Source: Atractiella rhizophila
Lineage: Eukaryota
Assembly: GCA_021432655.1 (NCBI GenBank)
Contig: MU271410.1
Location: 50,500-70,499, forward strand
Direction: 5' to 3'
DNA length: 20,000 bases
In this document: positions 8,864 to 20,000 of the stretch, one piece after another
Layout: every line of letters begins with the position of its first letter
How positions within the stretch are numbered: position 1 is the first letter of the stretch
Made by a program: the position numbers and the translations under genes
Notes under the pieces: generated by a model
Told to the model about the DNA's origin: nothing
What the model saw: the letters and a program-made list of their open reading frames with translations, nothing else
The model's database searches: none

Positions 8864-10377
8864 TTATTGATCGTCAGTCAACGTCACCGCAACTGAACCA
8901 CGCATGATTTCCCTTGCAGTTCTTTCCACCACGCTATGAGGAATTCCCCCTTCGTCTCTCAACGTTCCCTCAACAATTCCAGCTGGATGCGCCACGACGA
9001 CACTGCTTGCAGAGCTACCCGTCGTGGCTGAACCAGAGATGAGAGAAGGCAAAGATCCTTTATACTTTTGGGAGAGGACCAAATTGGCGAGCGTTGTACC
9101 AGGGATGGTGCGGTGGAAGTTGCCAACGCTTATGGCTCTGACAATGAGAGAAGGAGCGGGCTTATCCGCACCGAGCGTCGATCCATCTGTGAACTTGATG
9201 GGATGCTTAGGGTTGACGCGGTCGAGCAAGACAATTTTTGGTCCTGCAGATGTCATCGGGATATGATACTACAGCGATAAGAGCCTGTTAGCGGATTGTG
9301 ACTAGGGTAGGAGCCACCCACAGTTTGGCAGATTTCTTTGCGGATACCTTCAAGTATTTGATGTAGCTCTGGTGTGGAATCCAGTTCAGCTGGCTGAAGG
9401 ATTTGCAGAGGGGGAACCGAATTCTTTGTCTGGTATATGTCAATCAAGTGGCCTATTTCTTGCCAGTCAAGGAAGATGTTCGCAAGTCCGGCATCGATGA
9501 CTGAGAACTTAAACTGTTTGACAATATCAAAACATCTCTGCAACAAGAAACTGAAAGACCTTATCATTCAGAGTATCCAACTCTCTGGATGTGACCAGCC
9601 CCATCGTCTTCTCAGCTGCTGCCTTTGCGCTCTTCAAAGGGGTCCAACACTGGATCCTAGTCCCTTTTCCAGGAACTCCGGCAATGTGAGTAGTCCAAAA
9701 ATGGTCTTCACCTGAAGAACCAGGGAGATAGACATTCCCAGATGCATGATCAATGGGAACCTGGCAAGTAAATATGGTACCGATGCCAGCTGCAAGGATG
9801 CGAATACTTTGAGTGGAAATGGCTGCATCTTCAGATTCAGTTGGTTGGACAATCCCATGGTTGACTGCGGCATGTGCAACTGCTGAGAGCATGTTTCCAC
9901 AGGTTCCAGACCTTGGAATGAATCAGTTCTGTTGCAGCCAAGCAATGAACAAGATCAAACCAATCCAAATTGTCATTCCTTACTCCAACCTGACAGAAGC
10001 TAGGTACAAAAGATGAGGTTGCATCTTTGTCACGGGCTAGAGTGTGCTCACCGATATACGACGTCCCATCCGTTCTCCCCTTTTGCCCGTTGCACGTCAT
10101 CGGCCCATTCCACACCTTCTAACCTTCCATACTTCCTCATACTGTCCAAACCTTCTCCCGGGGCGCTGATAACGCACGCCTTACTAAGAGAGCTTACTCC
10201 ACCTCCAAGGCCATCAATCTGGCGACCATTCGGGTCTGGAGATCCAAGACTTTGAAGCAGAACTTGGGCACGAGCGGACGGCCGCAAGGATGCGAGATGG
10301 GAGGCACGGAAAATGAGACCGCGGCTTGTTCCACCGCGGTAGAAGAAAGCTGGGATATGGTGGAGTGAAGCGACCAT
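8864..10377 (-). CDS. PrpF-family protein (2-methylaconitate/aconitate isomerase-like, DAP-epimerase fold)
   Basis: Exons 10377-10052, 9999-9961, 9911-9560, 9513-9322 and 9268-8864. Motifs are YRGGTSRGLIF, GSPDPNGRQIDGLGGGVSSLSK, LDWSGTCGNMLSAV (family CGN Cys), IAGVPGKG, IDAG, RAISVGNFHRTIPGT, HPAG and RTAREIMRG. Confidence 0.92.
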
Positions 10378-11566
10378 TTCAATATTCGCTCAATCGTGTG
10401 AAGATGCAGCCTCCTCCTTCCCCACCTTTCAATCTGGGTCTTCTTTCATTAATGCACTTTGACCAGGCTTATTAGTCACCCTCGTCACTAAAGTTTAAAG
10501 TCATGTGATTCCACCCAGCTCTTTGTGATAACGCTTTCCGATATAGAATATTGGATTATGTGTGCATGGCAACAGAAGGGATATAGGCCACCGTATAGAG
10601 TCAGACACTTCGAGGAAGTCAGAATGCGGCAAGCCCAGTATTGATCGCAATTGAAAAATGAAAATCGAAATACAAATCTGCCATGTGGATTCGCTTAGAG
10701 CTCAGAGAGCAAAAAAGAAAAACTCTTTTGAAGCAAGCAATGTCAAGTGATGAACGAATATCTATCAACAAAATCGAGGAAATGGAAATGCAGAGAGTAG
10801 ATACAGGATGGTGGATTGACACTAAAAATGGCCCGTCTCTGAATACCATCAACGGGAGAATTGCATTGTATCCATGTAGGAATCAGAGTCACCATTAGCT
10901 TCCGCACTGATCAGAACTACTTGATCATATACGGCAGATAGCATTCGTCTTGCAGATACCTTTTGTCGCGGAGGAGGCCCCGAGGAGGTATCACTCATCA
11001 CTGGAGAAGCCATTTGCACAATTTGGCGGACCTCCCTCCCGTATTTTCCCTCTTCAGCTCCGAAAAAGACATGCGCACCAATACTCGGCCGCAAAAATGC
11101 ACATCCAGCATTAACACTCCCTCGTTATTCTAAGACGCCTTCCAGCCAAATTAGGCTTATTCTCCCCATTAATCGCAATCTCATCAGTTTCACTGGAACA
11201 GATCAGCAACTCCTTCACGTTTCCCTCAGTAAAGAGCCTAGAGGTTTAACGTCGGTATTTCTTGCTAAGGCATACTGAAACCGTCGATCTTGCAGTCGGA
11301 GAGGCAGGAGAGCAATAGCTTGCCCATGACATGGTTATTTAAAGGACGTAGAATACCGACTTCACGCATGGCTGGAAGAAACTGCGATTATGAGAGGGAG
11401 CAGAACATGGAGGCTTACGAAAGTGAGACCCTGACCCTAAGTCACGCAGACATTGACTAGTTAAGCGAGCAATCTGAAGCATTGGTGCACAGGTGTGTTA
11501 CGGATTAGGTATATCAACTAGGCGTCCCTAGTATAGAAGTATGCTTTTGATGATTGTTCAAATAAA

Positions 11567-13808
11567 TTAGTAAGCTGCTCCCCTTCCAGCTGCTTTCCTT
11601 GGATCAGCGACAGCAGTGAACGTGCCATCCTGTTCAGATGACAATCAGGTCCCCCAAGTAACTGCGATGGAGGAAGAGTGCCCTTACCCAATCTCTCGTG
11701 ATGACATGGCTCGTGCTACCCTGATCGTCAGTGTACGAGATATTATGTCCTCTCCCCTTCAAGAATTCAACAGTAGCATTGTTGAATCCCGCAATACGGG
11801 GTGTTTTCCATTCCACCTGTGCCCCTGCTCTTCAATATCCTCGAAGACAGACAGAAGGAGGAAAGACAACATACATAAGTGACGTTCCCGAGCTGATCGT
11901 GCCACCTTGGCTCGTGAGCGCTTTCCCAAGCATCCTTACCCCAATCCACGAACTGGCTGATATGCTCCAGGTTCGCAGTAATGATCCTGCTTCCTCCAGC
12001 TGCGCCAGTAATATATTGCAAGGTCCCAGTTTGAAGATCCTCCACCATGCTCGCACTGATGGAACTTTGGGGTCTCTTTCCTGGACGGATGTAGTTCGCT
12101 GGAGAAGCAGCGTAGCCGAATGCGTTCGTTTGTCCCGGACTCTGTAACGGCATTCAGCGTGTTGCAAGCGAGAGAAGCGGGGAGCTGGGCAGAAGAGAGA
12201 CATACGGAGAAATCGTCCATTTCATCGTTCAAGATAATACCATCGTCAGTCATGACTTGACTACCCCAATAAAGGTTCACAGTGGTAGTGAGAGTGACGG
12301 CGAGGCCGCTGTCGTCCACGGTTGCAATGTGGGAGGTCCCATGATCGTCAAGTACGACGTTGTTGTCTGGGTTCTGCCTCACATCTTCATAAATATGGAT
12401 CAATAACAGGATTGAACCGCGCACATAGTAAACAGCAGGATGGCTCGTATTGTCAATCCTGACCCTGGCAGCTTCATAAACAGCCGGGGTAAGACTTTGC
12501 CTGCCCATCATCAGCATTAGCCCTTCGCTCCAATGTTGAGAAAAGAAGCAGACAACACACTTTTCTAACCACGACACATTCTTCGTGAACGCGGGATCTC
12601 CATACTCCGTCCTCTGGGCATATCCCCATCTATCAGCCTCAATAATCCGATGAGTGCTCTCATTCCATCCCAGCTTTTTAGGTTCAAATCCCTCGAATAT
12701 TTTGAGGGCACTCAGCACCACCGTACCACTGCTGGGTGCGATGGTGGAAGTGACCTTATGACCGCGATAGCTGATTTGGGCGGGAGAACGCTCGATAGCT
12801 GTGTAGGATTGGAGGTCGGAGAGTTGGATTATCCCGGAACGGTTTCCAGCAGCTTTGCGAGGGAGTCAGGAATGACCGATTCAGGGGAAGAAAGACAAAC
12901 CATAGACGATGTTTTCCGCAATGCTAGAGTGGTAGAAGTATGACGGGCCGTTGTTTGCTATTCTGTTGCCTCCCACGATTAAGCTGAGAAGGAACATATG
13001 AGAAGAGACACACCTCTCTAACGTGTCCGCCAAACGGTGTCGATAACAGGTGTCCCCTTCCTTCAGTAGTGTCCCATTAGGAGCGAAAGATTCAGCCCAT
13101 AGTGTATCGTTGAGCAAGAACGGGTAAGTATCTATTCTCTCATCAATGCGGCGGAGAGGTAGGTCGTGATTAAAGACATACTGGCATTCAAAGCATTTGC
13201 CAAATCCACATGGACCTTAAACCCTCCCCTTGCCAATTCGACGACAGGAGTAACGATTTCCTTCCACGACAGCTTGCCAAAGCGTCCATGCAACTTCTCC
13301 CATCCCCTCATCTCTCCTGGCACTCCTACAGCCAATCCTCCGACCGTCGAAGGCTTCGGAATGGTTGAGTTGAGATACATAGTCTCATTTCCTAGAGCAG
13401 GCATGGTCTCTCGGAAGTCGAAGGATGTATACTCGTGGCTCCAAGACGTGATTTGGCCCGTGGATGAGTAGTGTGCCTTCGGATAGCGGACCAGCATGAA
13501 TCCACCACCGCCGATGCCGGAGTGGTAGGAAGCGGTCACTCCCACGCAAAGAGAAGTGGTTATGGCCTACAATCCGTTTGAAATCTGCACAGGAGGGGAA
13601 AAAGACAGCATACGGCGTCAGCTGCGTTTCCACCCTTTTTGAGAATGCCTACTCCGAGCTCGCTGCACACTGACACTTCCGAGACTGCTGCTCCCCGACT
13701 TCCTTTCGCCTCGCCATCACGGAGAGGATGGGAAGAGTTGCGAGGTAGGAGGGGAGAGGCAGCCGTCAGTTGGACGAGGGGAAGGAGGGAGATGAGTGGG
13801 AGGAACAT
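11567..13808 (-). CDS. Gamma-glutamyltranspeptidase (secreted or membrane-targeted, 10 exons)
   Basis: Signal-peptide-like MFLPLISLLPLVQLTAA, then GGNAADA, SGIGGGGFML, DFRETMP, VGVPGEMRG, catalytic Thr in DHGTSHIATVD, LTTTVNLYWGS, GIILNDEMDDFS, PGKRPQSS, GAAGGSRI, PRWHDQL and ADPRK...AAY*. Nine GT-AG introns join in frame. Confidence 0.95.
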
Positions 13809-14679
13809 CTCTCGAAGCAATCCGTGAATGGATAACGACTCGGAAAGGCGAGCGCAGGAAGAACGTCCTCCCTTTTGAGCAGAGGAATTTCGATTTCTTG
13901 AGAGATAGATAAGACGCAGCTATATATGTCTATATATACTCCGAGCCTAGAGCCCTCGCATCACGATGCTAGTGCGAGATCTGAGTAACTTCATCCGAGC
14001 GAGCACGAGTGCAGCGCTGATGATGAAGAGAAGATCAAGAATTGTGTGAGATTACACCACCCGTTTCATTTCAAGTTCAGTCCCACGCGAAGAAGAGCTT
14101 TTCATAGCGCCTCTGCGACCCTCCGAGTCCGCCCTTCCTTTCACAGACATGGCGAGTTTGGATTTACTGTTCCGCCGACACCTTTGCATGCCGCTTTCGT
14201 AACTCAACAGCGCAGTCATAAAGGAAACAATGAAGAAGAAAGAGAATACTGGCTAGTGAGGAAACTTGTGTGGCAGCAGATTCGCAATTACATCACGTGG
14301 CCAAATCTCTCTGGTTCGGACAAGTTGATGTGCGCCAGTCGGAACTCTCAAATCGACCTCTTCTGGCATCACAAAACACAGCAACCATAACAGAACGAAG
14401 GGTAGAACTAGATTCCTAGCATTTGCTGATAGAGCAGTAGAGACCTGACTTGAAGGTAGGAAAGATGGTACGAAGTGACAGGGAAACGAGAGAGACGAGT
14501 GGTGCGTATCTTCCCTCTGTGCTGGGCTTTGTCCAGGTCGCGTCTTTGGATTTTGGTTGGAATGGATGTGCTTGAATTTTTATCCCGAAATGGAGTGTAG
14601 GGAGCCTTACTTTTGTACCTCATGCAGTAGAGCTACCCTGACGCTTTCACGATGGACGAGTTGATGGTGTTGACGACGC

Positions 14680-17600
14680 ATGCAGTCTTGCAATGCGGTT
14701 GGCGCACCCATGTACTTGCATCATTTTACGAACATATGTAATCAATCCCAGTCCATCATCGATATCAAAGTGACAACCCTGATTGACGCCCCACCTTTAT
14801 CCATAGGCCTAATAACATCAATCAACGCCCGATCCGCCGCTACCTTCCCCTCCAGTTCTGCTTCCACCTCTCTCTCAGCCGCGGAAAGTCCCTATCCTTC
14901 TTCTGCCTCCACTCTCCAGGACGGTTCGCCACGAAGGAAGATTTTGCTCAAGCTCCCTGAGAAGCATGGCAATGGGAATGGAAAGCGAGGACGGCGAGAG
15001 GAGTCTCTTGGGGTGGGAGAGGACTATGTGGATCCCATGCTGGAGGTCGCGACGAAGGTGGGATGGGGAAAGGGGGGTGTTGCTACTACTTCTCAACGTG
15101 ATGAGGGCAGCGGAAAGAGGGAGGAGCGGCCGAAGAAGAAACTTCGGAGGGCTGTGGAGGAAGAGGAGGAAGTGCCGTCTAGCGAGGAGGTGGTGGAGGT
15201 TGCCAGGAATGGGAAGGGAAAGAAGAAGGAGGTCAGTTCGCCTATCATCCTCACATCCCCTCCAAACACCTCCGCGTCTCGCCGCTCCTCCCTCGACAGC
15301 GATATGATCGATCTCGATCCGCAGTCGGCCGCTCAATCGATTGCACGGAGTGCTGCACGAGTGAAGATCAAGCACGGAGTCATCCACTCAGATGAGGAAG
15401 GGCATGGAGAAAAGAGTAGCCCCGTCCAGCAGAGGAAGTCTGCCAAGATCAAATTGAAGCGGACTGCAAAGACTGTCGTCAATTCGTCAGATGTTGAGAT
15501 GGACGATGGAGAGCAAGTCTCCTCCTCATCTGGAAAGCAAACGAACGGACGCAACGTGATGAACCTCGATACCCCTTCTGCATCTTCCAAGAACAAGCGT
15601 AAAGCTTCCCCAGTCAATCTCGACTCTTCCCCGGCCGTCACATTGACGCGGCGTCCCTATCTCCGCACCAACGAGAGTGCAGCATCGTCTACGAGTTCCT
15701 TAGGACTAACGAAGGAGGTGGCATCGATACAACTGAGCGAGAAGGACAGAGAGAAGAAGTTCCTCGACGATCTTATGGATCTCCGGCTCTCAGGTTCGGA
15801 ACTGAAACAGCTGAGGGCAGAGTTTGGAACCGATGCTGGGAGAGCGAGGGAGGCTGTGATGGAGAAGAGGGGGAGAGACAGGGTGATTTCTGCTGCTCCA
15901 CCTCCATCACAACCCCCAGCCAAAAATCATATTGTCAAGACATCGAAGCCTCCGCCACTACAAAAGAAGTTGGAACCTAAGAGAACGGAACATACGAATA
16001 AAGGGAAGAAGAGGAAGATCGAGGACAACAATGATGAGGACGAGGAGGAAGCGGTATTCTCTGGTGGAGATAGCGATAGTGAATTTGAAGGCGGGAAAGA
16101 GCAAGAAGGGTTGAGCTCGGGCGAAATCCTCAAGTTTTTCAACGAGTGTACACCAGAGCAGTTACCGGAAGTTACAGGTCAGTTATTTCTACCTGCTCTG
16201 TTGAACCCTTCCTGAGATGTTGCTACACGTAGCTTGTACACTGGAGCAAGCAGAAGTCGTTGTTTCGATGCGGCCGTTTGAGTCTGTATCGGAACTCGAA
16301 ACTAGGCTAAGAAAGACAAAAGGGATCCCCAACAGCCTTGTCGACAACTTTCGTCTCATCAACTCCTCCTATCGAGAAACAGATCGGCTGCTTGAAACAT
16401 GCGAAAAGGAGGGAGAGGAGCTGTCAAGGATCATGGCGGTCTGGACGCGGAACTCAAGACACTCTGAAGCTGGCCACAAAGAAGATGGTCTGGATCTCAC
16501 GGAGATCTCGAATGTTTGTCAGGGAGAAGGGGAGTTCAAAGGGTTCCTCGAATCACAGCCCAAGGATCTAGCTGAAGGCTTTGTCCTGAAGAACTATCAA
16601 ATGTTGGGGCTCAACTGGCTCAACCTGCTGTATAGTCGCAGGACATCTTGCATTCTGGCTGACGAAATGGGCAAGTTTGCTTTCTACCAAAATGACCACT
16701 CTAATAGCACATCTTTAGGTCTCGGCAAGACAGCACAAGTCATAGCACTTCTAACACACCTAAAAGCGATCAAAGAACCCGGCCCACACCTCATCATCGT
16801 ACCTTCCAGCACACTCGACAACTGGCTACGAGAATTTTCACGATTCTCGCCCAGTCTTAACGTCCACTCGTACTACGGCACTCAAGCTGAAAGGGCCAGT
16901 CAACGGAGCGAACTCAAGCGTGCTACCGATCTTGATGTTGTTGTAACCGTGCGTTTGTCACTATTATTCATTTTTTATCCCTCATGGCCGAATCATAGAC
17001 GTACAACATTGCCACTGGCCACACGGACGACCGCAAGTTCTTGGGTAAGAAGATGGGTTTCCAGGTGAGTTTATGCATTCGATTCCTCCAATTTGGAAAG
17101 GTAATGGCGTGGGCTGCATAGGTCTGCATCTACGATGAAGGCCACATGCTAAAGAATAACGAATCAAAGAAGTACAAGGAGCTAATGCAAATACGGGTTT
17201 CATGGCGCCTGCTCCTGACAGGCACTCCGTTGCAGAACAATCTGCAGGAACTCGTGGTCCGTGTCAAATAAGTCGCCTTGTGTGTATCAACTGATGGAGA
17301 TGCATTCGAATGCAGTCCCTTCTCAGTTTCATCATGCCTCACATTTTCGATAAGGATGCCGCAGAGAGTCTCCGCGCCATCTTTAAGGTACCTCCGGAAG
17401 CTCAAGTAAACTTTTCACGAGAGCGCATCACTCGAGCTAAGAAGATGATGACTCCTTGTACGGTGCCCTTTCGGTTTTGGCACCCGCGCTGATGGTCAAT
17501 TTCCAGTTGTCTTGCGGCGAAAAAAGTTTCAGGTTCTCAAAGATCTCCCTCAAAAGTTGGAACGCATCGAATACTGCGAGCTCACAGACATGCAGCGCCA

Positions 17601-18772
17601 AGTCTATCGAGAAACTATGGTATGTGTTGTGCTCATTTCATAGTTCGAAAACTCACGACGAGCAAAGCTTCGATCGAAAAAGACTCTATTGGGTGCCGCC
17701 GACATTAACAAACTCGCAGGGGAAGAATCGAGTGAAGAGGTCAAGAAGAACACAAAGACTACGAAGACTGGCAGGAAGACGACAAATAACTCCTCCGCCA
17801 ATGTGCTGATGGAACTTCGCAAGGCAGCGAATCACCCGATGCTCTTTCGAAAGCTTTACTCTGATGCAAAGGTTCGAGAAATCAGCAAATCATGTCTAAT
17901 GGAGCCAGATTTCATGGACTCTGAGCTCGAACACATTGTCGAAGAGCTCGAGCTGTACACGGACTACGAGCTCCATCGAATATGTGCCACTCGACACTCA
18001 TTGCAGAAGTACAAGCTCCCGAACGAGCCATGGATGCAGGGAGGAAAGATCGATGTTCTCCGGCAACTGATACCTGAGCTGAAAGAAAAAGGAGACCGTA
18101 TTCTCCTTTTCTCACAGTTTACGAGCGTCCTTGATATCCTCGAGGCTGTCCTCGATACGATGCAAATTCGATACCTCAAACTCACTGGTCAAACGACAGT
18201 TTCAGATAGGCAGGGTCTCGTCGATACCTTCACAGAGGACAAGGACATCACAGTCTTCCTTCTCTCAACTCGAGCAGGAGGCTTGGGACTGAATTTGATG
18301 GCAGCTAACACAGGTATACCCCTTCCTCTTCCTTTCTCTCACATCGTCTAATCAGAGTTGCGCTCCAGTCATCATTCACGACCAAGACTTCAACCCTCAT
18401 AACGATCGACAAGCGGAAGATCGAGCATTCCGTCTGGGTCAAACAAGGGATGTGACTGTGATCCGTTTAATCAGTCGGGGTACGATCGAAGAGGATATCT
18501 ACAAAATAGCTCAATCAAAGCTCAAGTTGGATGAGTCGGTTTCTTCAGCTTCTAAGGACAACCAGAGCTTGATCTCCGGCGCTGGAATGACACAAACGAC
18601 CGGCCAAGTCGAAAAGGTCGAGAATACGGTTACTCTTGGTGAGGGAGATCAGGCGCTGTTCGAGAAGAGGATGAAGACTAGCCTGCTGAGGAATTTACAA
18701 GCTAGGTTTCAAGAGGAGGCCGGCGCGGAAACAGGAACAAAAGATGACGTCGTCAAATCAAAATATTTCTAG
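14680..18772 (+). CDS. Fun30/Fft3/SMARCAD1-subfamily Snf2 chromatin remodeller; true start unresolved and may lie as far up as ~14149
   Basis: A long charged, disordered N-terminus precedes [100 protein letters not shown] and [19 protein letters not shown]. Eight introns between 16178 and 18368 join in frame. Confidence 0.9.
16671..16718 (+). other. GC-AG intron splitting helicase motif I (Walker A) of the Fun30-like gene
   Basis: ATG G|GCAAGT...CTAAT...TTTAG|GT CTC GGC AAG ACA, 48 nt. Removal restores DEMGLGKT. Confidence 0.88.
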
Positions 18773-18931
18773 ACCTACCACCCTGCAATTGTGTATAGTC
18801 CTTCACTTTGACGTGCTAAATAACTACCGTTATATTGGAATAATATCTAGAGCATTCCGTCTTTTCTCAAGTTGCAAGGTAAAGCAGGCCAGCAGGTGCA
18901 GAGAACGATAAATTAAGCTATGCTCATCTAT

Positions 18932-20000
18932 CTAAGGCTTCGGCGCCACCTTTTCCTCGACCTTTTCATCCAATTTATCTTTGGCCTCTGCTCCCTTGCC
19001 TTTCACCCCTTCCACAATAGCAAGTGCTGTCTTCTCCGCCTCATTTTCCAGCTTCTTCACTTCTCCCAGCGCTTTCTGCGCCATCTCGCTGTCCTTCACT
19101 TTCTCAATTTTCTCCCTTGCTTCATCAACCAAGGAACCCAGTTTCAAACCTGTCCTCTTCTCTCCCTCCTGCACCGCAGAACGTGTCAATTCTTTCGCCT
19201 TGCCTTGCAATCCCTGAACCCATTGCAGATTATTCCGCCCCCATTCGGTAGTCGAATGAATGTACTGTTGCCGTGTTTTATGGAAATCAGGAAAGCGTGA
19301 AGACTCGTGGTGGTTGTAGTAGGAACGGATGGATTGAGAGGTTTTGGGCAAGAAGTAGACGGAGGAACCGACGAGGAAGGTAGGAGGGAGAAGTAGGCGG
19401 ATGGGAAATGAACGACCTCGCGCAACTAGAGAACCGGCGAGAAAGGAGACGCCAACACTGGTAGCAATTAGGATGTTCCTGCTATTCAGACAATAAAAGC
19501 TCACTAGAGTATCCCAGGCGTTAACTTCTCGTCTTTAGGGAGAACACGGTGGACCTCGTCTACGAACAGTGACGGTCAGTTCAGTTCAAACTACGTTTTG
19601 GACTGGAAGGAACGCTGCCTGCTTTCCACCAACTTAAAAACTACAACTTGCATCATCAGCGGATTCCGCTGAGAGCAGTTGATGCCGTATTGAATCTACA
19701 ACCAAAACAGAGCACAATACTTGTGTCAAGCTCACAGCGAGGAAGACAAAACAAGCTAAGCAGGCCGAAGCATTGCTCGAGGCTTTTGCCCAATCTTCTC
19801 AGAGAGACAAACATACCCTCAACACCCCTCTCCCACCTAATCCACCTGTCAGTCAACCCTCTTGCCTGCTCAGTCGCCTGCTTATAATAATCCTGCACTA
19901 GAAGTCGTGTATCTCTTATCTGGTTTTGCAATGGCAGTTGCTCCTGCACCAACAGCTTTGGAGGTTCCGGTTTGGAGTAAAGAGTGGAATTGTGGTCGCT
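18932..20000 (-). CDS. MICOS subunit Mic26/Mic27 (apolipoprotein O family); 5'-partial
   Basis: Exons >20000-19817, 19559-19505 and 19457-18932 give ...LQNQIRDTR...RWIRWERGVEDEVHRVLPKDEKLTPGILYVGVSFLAGSLVARGRSFPIRLLLPPTFLVGSSVYFLPKTSQSI..., the fungal ApoO/Mic26 pattern (PG.LY..V..LAGS..AR.R...R...P...Y.LPKT), followed by a coiled-coil tail. Confidence 0.85.

Noticed and set aside
13918..13978. Twin TATATA tracts and a small hairpin between the divergent GGT and Fun30 genes
   Set aside because: Plausible core promoter, but it is low-complexity and cannot be supported without TSS data.
14875..19425. Numerous antisense and alternate-frame ORFs over the Fun30 and Mic26 genes
   Set aside because: They are shadows of real coding exons with no independent motifs.
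19581..19657. Box C/D snoRNA (TGATGA ... CTGA) in the Mic26 intron
   Set aside because: The candidate D box abuts the branch point, there is no terminal stem, and I recognise no rRNA-antisense guide.

Overview
Compact, intron-rich eukaryotic DNA that looks like a basidiomycete fungus (about 50% GC, mostly 46-58 nt introns; the taxon is inferred). I hand-spliced six intact genes: a securin-like KEN-box protein (runs off the left edge), a hotdog-fold thioesterase, a PrpF/aconitate-isomerase-family enzyme, a secreted gamma-glutamyltranspeptidase, a Fun30/SMARCAD1-type Snf2 remodeller (5' end unresolved) and a MICOS Mic26/Mic27-like protein (runs off the right edge). The most striking structure is 1714-7058. 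It is bounded by 40-bp inverted termini (33/40 identical, starting CCTAGC), has a TT dinucleotide on both flanks, and carries 11-bp-phased subterminal repeat arrays at both ends. It has no recognisable transposase and instead holds broken host-gene pieces: an Mss116-like DEAD-box helicase pseudogene, the C-terminus of serine hydroxymethyltransferase and a possible kinase-like fragment. It is a candidate fungal gene-capturing non-autonomous CACTA/EnSpm-like ('Pack') element, although two independent insertions cannot be excluded from this window alone. Smaller points of interest are two GC-AG introns (one inside the Fun30 Walker A motif), two unusually long structured introns and chromodomain-like micro-exon pieces upstream of Fun30.
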